Part shown: in pieces, positions 37,490 to 45,326 of the stretch
Numbering within the stretch: position 1 is the first letter of the stretch
How the letters are laid out: each line of letters starts with the position of its first letter
Assembly: GCA_028292765.1 (NCBI GenBank)
Contig: JAQGLR010000348.1
Coordinates: 1-45,326, forward strand
Length of the DNA: 45,326 nt
Direction of reading: 5' to 3'
Source of the DNA: Massilia sp.
Lineage (GTDB): Bacteria; Pseudomonadota; Gammaproteobacteria; Burkholderiales; Burkholderiaceae_D
Translations under genes and position numbers: made by a program
The notes under the pieces: generated by a model
The model's database searches: none
Seen by the model: only the letters and a program-made list of their open reading frames with translations
What the model was told of the DNA's origin: nothing

Positions 37490-37506
37490 GTTCCGCATAT
37501 CGGAAC
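37490..37506. promoter_or_regulatory. palindromic operator (putative IclR site) 7
   Basis: GTTCCGCATATCGGAAC, with perfect 6-bp arms. Confidence 0.7.
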
Positions 37507-37594
37507 GACAGGGTGAGCCGGTGAAGAGCAAATCGAGGCGCATCAATAAAGCCCAAAAATGCCGACAATGGCATTCAAAACAGGAGACGTGGTT

Positions 37595-39340
37595 ATGGAA
37601 GCTGCAGTACCGACACTATCGGCCAAGTATGTCGACAAACCTTCGCTATGGCGGCGCTTTGATGTGAAGTGGCTGGTCATCGGCATTTGCGTGCTCGGGG
37701 TGTCCTACCTCGCGCTGATGCCGCTGTTCTTTCTGGTCTGGCAAAGCTTCTTCACGCCCCAGACCGCCACCGAGGCAGCTACCTTCACCTTCGACAACTA
37801 CCTTAGTGCCTACACCAGCGTCGAGACCCTGCGCCTGTTGGGCAACTCAGTCACCTTCGCCGCCGGCACTTCGGTATTGGCCTTCGTCGCCGGCACCGGC
37901 CTGGCCTGGATGAACGAACGTACGAACACCCCGTTCAAGTCGCTGTTCTTCGCGCTCTCGATCATCCCCCTGATCATCCCCGGCATCCTGTTCACGGTCG
38001 CGTGGATCCTGCTGGGCAGCCCGAAGATCGGCATCATCAACCTGCTGATCCAGAACTGGTTCAACACGGACTACGTGCTGTTCAACGTGTACTCGATGTG
38101 GGGCATGATCTGGGTCGAGGGCCTGCACTATTCGCCAATGGCGTTCCTGATCATGACGGCCGCCTTCCGCTCGATGGACCCATCGCTGGAAGAGTCGGCC
38201 ATGATGAGCGGCGCCAGCATTCGCCAGATTGCCTGGCGCATCACCCTGAAGCTGACCTGGCCGGCGATCTTCGCGACCTTCCTGATCCTGTTCATCCGTG
38301 CGATCGAATCGTTCGAAGTGCCTGCGCTGCTGGGCCTGCCGGTCGGCATCCAGGTGTTCACCTCGTCGATCTACCAGGCGATCCACCAGTACCCAAGCAA
38401 GGTCGGCCTGGCCTCGTCCTACGCCGTGACCCTGCTCCTGATTACCACCGTCGGCATTTACTTCCAGTCCAAGCTGTCCAGCCAGGGCAGCAAGTACTCC
38501 ACAGTGACCGGCAAGGGCTTCCGCCCACGCACCATGGACCTGGGCAAATGGCGCTACCTGACGGCCGCCATCTTCATCGTCTACTTCGCGCTGATCGTGG
38601 TGTTGCCATTCCTGGTGCTGCTGTGGTCCTCGCTGCAGAAGTTCTACGCCGTCCCATCGATGCAAGCAGTGCAGAACCTGACCCTCGACGCCTACCGTTT
38701 CATGCTCGACTACCCGACCCTGGCCTCGTCCGCCTGGAACAGCCTGGTGCTGGCCCTGGGCAGCGCTACCATCATCATGCTGGTGACCTCGGTCATCTGC
38801 TGGATTGTGGTCAAGACGAAGATGCCCGGCCGCTGGCTGCTGGATAACCTGGCCTCGCTGCCGATGGTGTTTCCGGGACTGGTGCTTGGCCTGGCGATCA
38901 TGGTGTTCTACCTGAACTTCGACATCGGCGTCTACGGCACCATGTGGATCCTGTTTATCGCCTACGTGACTCGCTTCCTGCCTTACGGCCTGCGCTACAA
39001 CACCACATCGATGCTGCAGATTCACAAGGAGCTGGAAGAGTCGGCTGCGATGAGCGGCGCGTCCTGGGGCACCACCTTCCGCCGCATCGTGCTGCCGCTG
39101 CTGAAACCTGGTCTGATGGCCGGCTGGATCTACATAGTGATCGTCTCCATCCGGGAACTGTCCTCGTCGATCCTGCTGTACAGCCCGGGCACCGAGGTGA
39201 TCGCGATCCTGATTTGGGAGTTGTGGGAAAACGGACAGTACGTCGAATTGTCGGCGCTCGGCGTGATGTTCATCATGGCACTGTTCACGCTGGTGATGAT
39301 CGCACAGTTGCTGGGCAAGAAATTCGGCGTCAAGGAATAG
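37595..39340 (+). CDS. ABC transporter permease, fused double module (FbpB/AfuB-like)
   Basis: Two EAA-type motifs (LEESAMMSGAS and LEESAAMSGAS) and many TM segments. CAGGAG RBS before ATG 37595. Confidence 0.92.
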   Translation: MEAAVPTLSAKYVDKPSLWRRFDVKWLVIGICVLGVSYLALMPLFFLVWQSFFTPQTATEAATFTFDNYLSAYTSVETLRLLGNSVTFAAGTSVLAFVAGTGLAWMNERTNTPFKSLFFALSIIPLIIPGILFTVAWILLGSPKIGIINLLIQNWFNTDYVLFNVYSMWGMIWVEGLHYSPMAFLIMTAAFRSMDPSLEESAMMSGASIRQIAWRITLKLTWPAIFATFLILFIRAIESFEVPALLGLPVGIQVFTSSIYQAIHQYPSKVGLASSYAVTLLLITTVGIYFQSKLSSQGSKYSTVTGKGFRPRTMDLGKWRYLTAAIFIVYFALIVVLPFLVLLWSSLQKFYAVPSMQAVQNLTLDAYRFMLDYPTLASSAWNSLVLALGSATIIMLVTSVICWIVVKTKMPGRWLLDNLASLPMVFPGLVLGLAIMVFYLNFDIGVYGTMWILFIAYVTRFLPYGLRYNTTSMLQIHKELEESAAMSGASWGTTFRRIVLPLLKPGLMAGWIYIVIVSIRELSSSILLYSPGTEVIAILIWELWENGQYVELSALGVMFIMALFTLVMIAQLLGKKFGVKE

Positions 39341-39414
39341 GCAGTGGCCGAAACCGCATACAAGCGGCGACCAGAACAGAAAACAAGGCAGTTATAAGCC
39401 AACAGGAGACAGAC

Positions 39415-40539
39415 ATGCTTAGCGTTAAGAATCTTTGTACAGAGTACCCAAACGACAAGGGCGAAGTGGTCAAGGCAGCCCAGGACGTCACGTTCGATGT
39501 GCCCGAAGGTAAGCTGTTCACCTTGCTCGGGCCCAGCGGCTGCGGCAAGACCACAACCCTGCGGTCGATCGCCGGCCTGGAGCGGCCGAAGTCCGGCGAA
39601 ATCACAGTGGACGGGGTGGCGGTCTACTCGTCCGGCAAGTCGGTCTTCATCCAGCCGAACAGGCGCAACTTCGGCATGGTATTCCAGTCGTATGCGATCT
39701 GGCCGCACATGAACGTGTTCCAGAACGTGGCGTTCCCGCTCGATGTGTCGAGCCGCAAGTTCAGCAAGAAGGAAATCGAAACCAAGGTCATGCGCGTGCT
39801 GACCGCGGTCGGCCTCGAGCAGTACGCCGACCGCGAAGCGACCAAGATGTCCGGCGGCCAGCAGCAGCGCCTGGCGCTGGCGCGCGCCCTGGTCATGGAA
39901 CCGAAGCTGCTGCTGCTGGACGAACCCCTGTCGAATCTCGACGCCAAGCTGCGCGAGCGCATGCGTTTCGAACTCAAGCGCATGCAGCGCGAGCTGGGCC
40001 TGACCACCATCTACGTGACACACGATCAGAGCGAGGCGCTGGCGCTGTCGCACGAGATCGCCGTCATGAGCGCGGGCAGGATCGTCCAGTGCGGCTCGCC
40101 GCGCGACATCTACGAGCGTCCACGCAACAAGTTTGTCGCCGACTTCGTTGGCATCACCAACTTCCTCGATGCCACCATCGAGGCGCCGGAAGGCACGGTG
40201 CGGGAGCGCTTCCGCGTCCAGTCCTCGATCGGCAAGCTGTGCGTCACCTCGTCCGAGGACTTCCGCGCCGGCGATGCGGCCCTGATCTCGGTGCGTCCGG
40301 AGGACGTCGACCTGAGCTCCACCCGCCCGGATGGCGAGAACGTCGCCCAAGGAGTGGTCGATACCAAGGTCTTCCTCGGCGAATACATGGATTACCAGGT
40401 GCGGGTGGCCGACCGCATGGTGCTGGCCCGGGTGCACCCTTCGTTCAATGTCCCGACAGGGTCGACGGTGTACCTGACCATGAATCCGGAGAAATGCATC
40501 TGCATCCCGGACGACGAGCAGTACCGCCAAGCCGCCTGA
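39415..40539 (+). CDS. ABC transporter ATP-binding protein (PotA/FbpC-like, with TOBE domain)
   Basis: Walker A GPSGCGKT, signature MSGGQQQR, Walker B LLLLDEP and YVTHDQ. Confidence 0.95.
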   Translation: MLSVKNLCTEYPNDKGEVVKAAQDVTFDVPEGKLFTLLGPSGCGKTTTLRSIAGLERPKSGEITVDGVAVYSSGKSVFIQPNRRNFGMVFQSYAIWPHMNVFQNVAFPLDVSSRKFSKKEIETKVMRVLTAVGLEQYADREATKMSGGQQQRLALARALVMEPKLLLLDEPLSNLDAKLRERMRFELKRMQRELGLTTIYVTHDQSEALALSHEIAVMSAGRIVQCGSPRDIYERPRNKFVADFVGITNFLDATIEAPEGTVRERFRVQSSIGKLCVTSSEDFRAGDAALISVRPEDVDLSSTRPDGENVAQGVVDTKVFLGEYMDYQVRVADRMVLARVHPSFNVPTGSTVYLTMNPEKCICIPDDEQYRQAA

Positions 40540-40620
40540 CCCACGCTGCAGGCCCCCGTTTCAGACGACGTGCGCCGCGCTAGCGGCGGGACGGGGGGCC
40601 TTTCGACCTAAGGAATCACC

Positions 40621-41664
40621 ATGAACTGCATTCGTATTTCGAGGTGCTGGCTGGTTGCGTCCCTGCTGCTTCTGGCAGGGGCGGCGCAAGCCCAGGTTCC
40701 CGCTTACCAGGGCAAGGACCGCGCGGAGCGGCTGCTCAAGGGCGCCCGGGCGGAGGGCAGGTTGAACGTGTACACGTCGATGGCCGAAAAGGATAGCGCG
40801 CGCATCGTCGACGCGTTTGAAAAGAAGTACCGCATCAAGGTAAATGTCTGGCGCTCTGGCAAGAACAAGGTGCTGCAGCGAGTGGTCACCGAAGCCCGGG
40901 CCGGCCGCCACGAAGCCGATTTCATTCTCAATCCTTCGCCCGAGATGGAAGCGCTGCACCGCGAGAAGCTGCTGCAGCCGGTATGGTCGCCGAAGCAGAA
41001 GGATCTGATTTCCGCCGCGCTGCCGGCGCACCGCGAATGGACCGGCATGCGCGTCTACCTGTTTGCGCAGTCGTACAACACGCGCCAGGTCAGCCCGGCG
41101 GAAGTGCCGGCCAGCTTCAACGACCTGCTGCATCCGCGCTGGAAGGGCCGCCTCGGCATTGAGGCCAAGCAGACCGAGTGGTTCTACGCGCTGGTGCAGG
41201 CGATGGGAGAAGAGCAGGGGCTGCGTTTCTTCCGCGAGCTGGTCGCCGCCAATGCCCCGTCGCTTCGCGCCGGGAACTCCTTGCTGAACAACATGGTGGT
41301 GTCGGGCGAAGTGCCGCTCGCGCTGAACGTGTACAGCTACCTGCCGGAGCAGGCCAGGGCCGCAGGCGCGCCGGTCGACTACGTGGTGCTGTCGCCCGCA
41401 GTCGCTTACACGGACGGCATCGGCATTGCGCGCCGCGCCGCTCATCCGCACGCTGCCACCCTGTTCTACGACTTCCTGCTCGACGAAGGCCAAGCCATCG
41501 TCGCCGGCCACAAGTCGCTCACGACCAACAGGCGCGACCAGCCGTTGCTGGCGAAGCACAAGCCGGTCTATATCGACCCGGTGCGCGTGCTCGACAACTA
41601 CGAGAAATGGACCACGCTGTATGACGACACCCTGAACGGTCGCGCCACGGGAGGCCAGAAATGA
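40621..41664 (+). CDS. ABC transporter substrate-binding protein 3
   Basis: Signal peptide (AAQA), GARAEGRLNVYTS, DLLHPRWKG and AAHPHAA.LF. Confidence 0.88.
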   Translation: MNCIRISRCWLVASLLLLAGAAQAQVPAYQGKDRAERLLKGARAEGRLNVYTSMAEKDSARIVDAFEKKYRIKVNVWRSGKNKVLQRVVTEARAGRHEADFILNPSPEMEALHREKLLQPVWSPKQKDLISAALPAHREWTGMRVYLFAQSYNTRQVSPAEVPASFNDLLHPRWKGRLGIEAKQTEWFYALVQAMGEEQGLRFFRELVAANAPSLRAGNSLLNNMVVSGEVPLALNVYSYLPEQARAAGAPVDYVVLSPAVAYTDGIGIARRAAHPHAATLFYDFLLDEGQAIVAGHKSLTTNRRDQPLLAKHKPVYIDPVRVLDNYEKWTTLYDDTLNGRATGGQK

Positions 41665-42998
41665 ATACGGAACAAAACGCACTGCTGACCCGGACCGGGC
41701 CAGGGACGCCGATGGGTGAGCTGTTCCGCCGCTACTGGCTGCCCGCTCTCCTGGCCGGCGAACTGCCGGAAGCGGAGTGCGCGCCAGTGCGGGTGACGCT
41801 GCTGTCGGAGCGGATGATCGCGTTCCGCGACAGCGAAGGCAAGCTCGGCCTGATGGACGAGTTCTGCGCCCACCGTGGCGTATCGCTCTTGTTCGGCCGC
41901 AACGAGGAAAATGGCCTGCGCTGCCCGTATCACGGCTGGAAGTACGACACGACCGGCCAGTGCGTCGACGTGCCGTCCGAGCCGGCGGAGAGCGGCTACT
42001 GCAAGAAGATCAAGCTGAAATCCTATCCGTTGGTCGAGCGCGGGGGCATCCTGTGGACCTACATGGGTCCACCGGAGCTGCAGCCCGAATTGCCGATGTA
42101 CGAATGGGCCACGGTGCCCGCCAGCCAGCGTCATATTTCCAAGCGCCTGCAGGAATGCAATTACTTGCAGGCGATGGAGGGCGGGCTGGATTCCTTCCAT
42201 TCCACCTTCCTGCACCGGATGTCGGTCGGCGACGACCCGCTGCTCAAGCGCGACGCCGCCAGCGCCGCCCTGCTGGCGGCCGACCGCCACCCGGTGTTCG
42301 TGCCGCTCGAGTCGCCCGGCGGCCTGTACATCGCGACCCGCCGCAACGCCGACGAAGCGCGCTATTACTGGCGCGTCACGCAATGGCTGATGCCCTGCTT
42401 TAACCTGTTTCCGCCCTACGACGGCAACCCTTTCGGCGGACATGCCTGGGTACCGATCGACGACGAGCATGCCTGGACCTTCAGCATCGACTACCACCCG
42501 GAGCGGGCACTGACGGCGACTGAACTGGAAGCGATGGACGGGGGCAGGGGCATCCACAGCAAGACCATCCCCGGCAGCTTCCGCCCGGTGGCCAACAAGG
42601 ATAACGACTACCTGATCGACCGTATCGCGCAAAAAGAGCGCCGCACCTTCTGCGGCGTGCTGGGCGTGGCCGAACAGGACGCGGCGGTACAGGAAAGCAT
42701 GGGGCCGATCGAAGACCGCACCCGTGAGAACCTGGTCGGCACCGACAACGGCATCATCATGACTCGCCAGCGCCTGCTGAAGGCGGCGCGGGCCGTGCAG
42801 GACGGCGGCGTGCCGCCGGGCCTGGACGCCGCCACCCAGCGGGTGCGCGCCTTCGCCGCTGTCCTGCCGCACGCAGCGCCGCTGCAGTCGGCGCCCGAGA
42901 TGAAGGTGGCAGCTCCGCCAACGGCACCTCCGCCAGCGTCACCTCCGCCAGCGGCACCTCCGCCAGCGGCACCTCTTCATCCTGAACAACTTTCATAA
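41661..42998 (+). CDS. Rieske oxygenase, phthalate 4,5-dioxygenase/LigXa-like
   Basis: LLTRTGPGTPMGELFRRYWLP, CAH...CPYHGW, NYLQAMEGG.D..H..FLH and QDAAVQESMG.I.DRT.E.L..TD. Confidence 0.9.
   Translation: MNTEQNALLTRTGPGTPMGELFRRYWLPALLAGELPEAECAPVRVTLLSERMIAFRDSEGKLGLMDEFCAHRGVSLLFGRNEENGLRCPYHGWKYDTTGQCVDVPSEPAESGYCKKIKLKSYPLVERGGILWTYMGPPELQPELPMYEWATVPASQRHISKRLQECNYLQAMEGGLDSFHSTFLHRMSVGDDPLLKRDAASAALLAADRHPVFVPLESPGGLYIATRRNADEARYYWRVTQWLMPCFNLFPPYDGNPFGGHAWVPIDDEHAWTFSIDYHPERALTATELEAMDGGRGIHSKTIPGSFRPVANKDNDYLIDRIAQKERRTFCGVLGVAEQDAAVQESMGPIEDRTRENLVGTDNGIIMTRQRLLKAARAVQDGGVPPGLDAATQRVRAFAAVLPHAAPLQSAPEMKVAAPPTAPPPASPPPAAPPPAAPLHPEQLS
42909..42975 (+). repeat. 15-bp tandem repeat (GCACCTCCGCCAGCG), about 4.5 copies, encoding an APPPA tail
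   Basis: Copies start at 42909, 42924, 42939 and 42954, with a partial copy at 42969. Confidence 0.85.
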
Positions 42999-43007
42999 GG
43001 GGATTCC

Positions 43008-43817
43008 ATGCAGACGATTGGACTGATTGGGGCGGGACGGATGGGGTTGCCGATTGTCGGCCATCTCGGGCGCGCGGGTTTCCGCGTACTGGTCAGCGAG
43101 CGCAATCCCGAGCGCCGGCCGGACATCGCCGCACGCGGCGGTGAAGTGGTCGAGGCGCAGATGCTGGCGGCCGAGTCCGAAGCCATCCTGGTCTGCGTCG
43201 GCTACGACAGGGAAGTGCGGGAACTGATCCAGGCGCCCGGCGGCCTGCTGGAATCGGCACGGGCGGGAACGATCATTGCCGTGCTGAGCACGATCCATCC
43301 GAAAACCATGCAGGAACTCGCGCAGCACGCCGCCGCGTATGACGTGCACGTGGTCGATTCGACGGTCTGCCGCGGCGGGCGCGCCGCCGACGAGGGAACC
43401 TTGCTGTCCTTCGTCGGCGGCGACGCCGATGTGGTCGAGCGCCTGGCCCCGGTGCTGCGCGCTTACTCGTCCGACGTGGTGCACAGCGGCGCCGTGGGCA
43501 CCGCGCAGGTGTCGAAGGCCGCGAATAACCTGATCCTGTGGGCTTGCCTGGTGGCCAGCCACGAGGGCCTGGCGCTGGCGCAGCGCTATGACGTCAACGT
43601 GGAGGCGCTGCGCGAAGCCTTGATGACCAGCAGCGCGACCAACGGCGCACTCGGAAACTGGGGCGGGCAGTCGATGGCCTGGGCACAGGACGACATGGCG
43701 ATCGTCGCCGAGATGGCCGAGGATTGCGGCATCTCGCTGCCGCAATCGGGCGTGGTGCGGGAGGTCTGCCGCACCCTCAAACCGCGCCGCTACCAGCTCG
43801 AGAAATACGGGAGATGA
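43008..43817 (+). CDS. NAD(P)-dependent oxidoreductase, 3-hydroxyisobutyrate/6-phosphogluconate dehydrogenase family
   Basis: IGLIGAGRMG, DSTVCRG...A..GTL..FVGG and KAANN. Confidence 0.88.
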   Translation: MQTIGLIGAGRMGLPIVGHLGRAGFRVLVSERNPERRPDIAARGGEVVEAQMLAAESEAILVCVGYDREVRELIQAPGGLLESARAGTIIAVLSTIHPKTMQELAQHAAAYDVHVVDSTVCRGGRAADEGTLLSFVGGDADVVERLAPVLRAYSSDVVHSGAVGTAQVSKAANNLILWACLVASHEGLALAQRYDVNVEALREALMTSSATNGALGNWGGQSMAWAQDDMAIVAEMAEDCGISLPQSGVVREVCRTLKPRRYQLEKYGR

Positions 43818-44863
43818 TCATGCGCCTGCTGTCCCTGACACTGATGGCGCTGGCCCTGGCCGCACCGCTGTCCCATGCATCCGATCCGGCTGCCGTGGCC
43901 GCGATCGCCCAGTACCAGGGCGCCGACCGCACCGCGCGTCTGGTCGAAGGCGCGCGCCGCGAAGGCTCGCTGACCCTGTACACCTCGCTGACGGTGGAAG
44001 ACATGGCGGTCATCAACGGGGCCTTCGAGAAAAAATACGGCGTTAAGGTCAAGATGTGGCGCGCCGGCGCGGACAAGGTCTTGCAGCGCATGGTCACCGA
44101 GGCGCGCGGCAACCGTTTCGACGCCGACGTGGCCGAGGCCAGCACGCCGGCGCTCGAGTCGCTGCGCCGCGAGAAGCTGCTGGTGGCAGTACGTTCGCCC
44201 CACCATGCCGACCTGATCGCGCAAGCAGTGCCCGCCCATCGCGAGTGGGTCGGTTCGCGCATGAATGTCTTCGTCCACGCCTACAACACCACCCAGGTCA
44301 GGAAGGAAGACGCGCCGCAAAGCTACTACGACCTGCTCGACCCGAAGTGGAAGGGCAAGCTCGGCATCGAGTCGGCCGACGAGGACTGGTTCGCCACCGT
44401 GGTGCGCGAGCTGGGCGAGGAAAAAGGCCTGAAACTGTTTCGCGACATCAGCGCCGGCAACGGCATCTCGGTGCGCAAGGGCCATACCCTGCTGACCAAC
44501 CTGGTGGCCTCGGGGGAAGTGCCGTTCGCACTCACCGTGTACAACTTTACCGCCGAGCAGCTCAGGGATAAGGGCGCCCCAGTCGCGTGGTACGTGATGC
44601 AGCCGGCGGTCGCGCGCGTCAACGGCCTGGCTGTCGCCGCGCGCGCTCCCCATCCGCATGCGGCGGTTCTGTACTACGAATTCATGATCAGCGACGAAGG
44701 CCAGCAGATCCTGGCCAAACGCGACTTCGTCACGACCAGCGCGAAGCTACCGTCGCCGCTCGGGAAAACGCCGCTGAAACTGGTGGATGCCGCCCTCATG
44801 CTGGACGAGAACGAAAAGTGGACTCGCCTGTACGAGGAAGTGATCGTGAAGCCTAAAAAATAA
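43814..44863 (+). CDS. ABC transporter substrate-binding protein 4
   Basis: Signal peptide, GARREGSLTLYTS, DLLDPKWKGKLGIE and APHPHAA. ATGA overlap with the upstream stop (alternative ATG 43820). Confidence 0.88.
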   Translation: MIMRLLSLTLMALALAAPLSHASDPAAVAAIAQYQGADRTARLVEGARREGSLTLYTSLTVEDMAVINGAFEKKYGVKVKMWRAGADKVLQRMVTEARGNRFDADVAEASTPALESLRREKLLVAVRSPHHADLIAQAVPAHREWVGSRMNVFVHAYNTTQVRKEDAPQSYYDLLDPKWKGKLGIESADEDWFATVVRELGEEKGLKLFRDISAGNGISVRKGHTLLTNLVASGEVPFALTVYNFTAEQLRDKGAPVAWYVMQPAVARVNGLAVAARAPHPHAAVLYYEFMISDEGQQILAKRDFVTTSAKLPSPLGKTPLKLVDAALMLDENEKWTRLYEEVIVKPKK

Positions 44864-44890
44864 CCCTGTATTTCATCTTGAGGAGCGGCC

Positions 44891-45326
44891 GTGAGCAACG
44901 AGAAGAACTTTTACCACAGCAACAAGGAGCGGGTATTCGTGCGCGCCATCGCCGGCCCGTACAACTTGCAGGACGAGCTGGCCCGGCTGCGCTCCATGCC
45001 GCGCGTGCGCAAGGCGAGCGAGATCAAGTTCGTCGACGGGCCGCAGGCCTTCAGCCGCCACTATGTGGAGCCGAAGGATGGTATCACGCAGAACTTCCAC
45101 CTGCACCTGGAGGAGTACGGACCGGGCGGCAAGTCGCAGAAGCACGGCCACGTCAACGAAGCGGCCTTCTACATCCTGGACGGCACGGGTTACGAAGTAC
45201 ACGACGGCATCCGCTATGACTGGCAGGCGGGCGACGTGGCGATCGTCCACAACAACTGCGTGCACCAGCACTTCAACGCCTCGTCCGAAAAACCGGCGCG
45301 CGCCCTCGTGCTCAAGACCAAGCCGA
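44891..45326 (+). CDS. cupin domain protein (cupin 3), 3'-partial
   Basis: Not in the ORF track. GAGGAG RBS, GTG at 44891, open to the window end: MSNEKNFYH...PGGKSQKHGHVNEAAFYILDGTG...WQAGD...CVHQHFN (HxHxxE...H cupin metal motif). Confidence 0.85.
   Translation, partial: MSNEKNFYHSNKERVFVRAIAGPYNLQDELARLRSMPRVRKASEIKFVDGPQAFSRHYVEPKDGITQNFHLHLEEYGPGGKSQKHGHVNEAAFYILDGTGYEVHDGIRYDWQAGDVAIVHNNCVHQHFNASSEKPARALVLKTKP

Noticed and set aside
40550-40603. GC-rich nested hairpin between the ATPase and SBP3 as a riboswitch or ncRNA
   Set aside because: No recognisable conserved RNA motif. At most an mRNA stability or weak terminator element.
37595-41664. Plain ferric-iron ABC transporter
   Set aside because: Family resemblance only. 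No Fur-box-like site was noticed, it is preceded by the IclR-like palindrome, and it is co-oriented with catabolic genes.
1-45326. CRISPR arrays, tRNA, rRNA, cobalamin riboswitch
   Set aside because: None recognised by eye, and the only tandem repeats are short coding ones. An Rfam/tRNAscan run would be needed to exclude them formally.

Overview
GC-rich bacterial DNA, probably betaproteobacterial (inference from GC content, GGAGA-type RBSs and an IS401-like remnant). It holds two catabolic gene clusters joined by a scar. Left cluster (1-17459): VOC-like protein, enoyl-CoA hydratase, SDR, MDR oxidoreductase, Bcr/CflA MFS pump, a two-subunit Rieske ring-hydroxylating oxygenase, a hemerythrin, two overlapping Lrp/AsnC regulators, and a divergent DUF1302-DUF1329-GMC oxidoreductase-aldehyde dehydrogenase-DUF6351 run. 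Scar (about 17900-19190): an internal IS3-family fragment fused to a truncated molybdopterin-enzyme pseudogene. Right cluster (19150 to past the window end) is the most unusual part. It has three EutA-like (ASKHA) ATPases with no eutBC or other B12 enzyme in the window, and three cupins, two of them sitting directly upstream of an EutA. It also has a NiCoT Ni/Co permease, very His-rich tails on one EutA and on a DMT transporter, a TPP enzyme, a phthalate-4,5-dioxygenase-like Rieske oxygenase with a reductase, a class II aldolase/decarboxylase, and one ABC transporter with four binding proteins. A recurring 17-bp palindrome, GTTCCR-N5-YGGAAC, lies in five intergenic regions and probably binds the local IclR regulator. 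My best hypothesis (inference) is an undescribed (hetero)aromatic catabolic system in which EutA-type ATPases are repurposed as metal-loading or reactivating partners of Ni/Co-dependent cupins. No rRNA, tRNA or CRISPR array was seen. All product calls come from motif recognition only; no searches were run.
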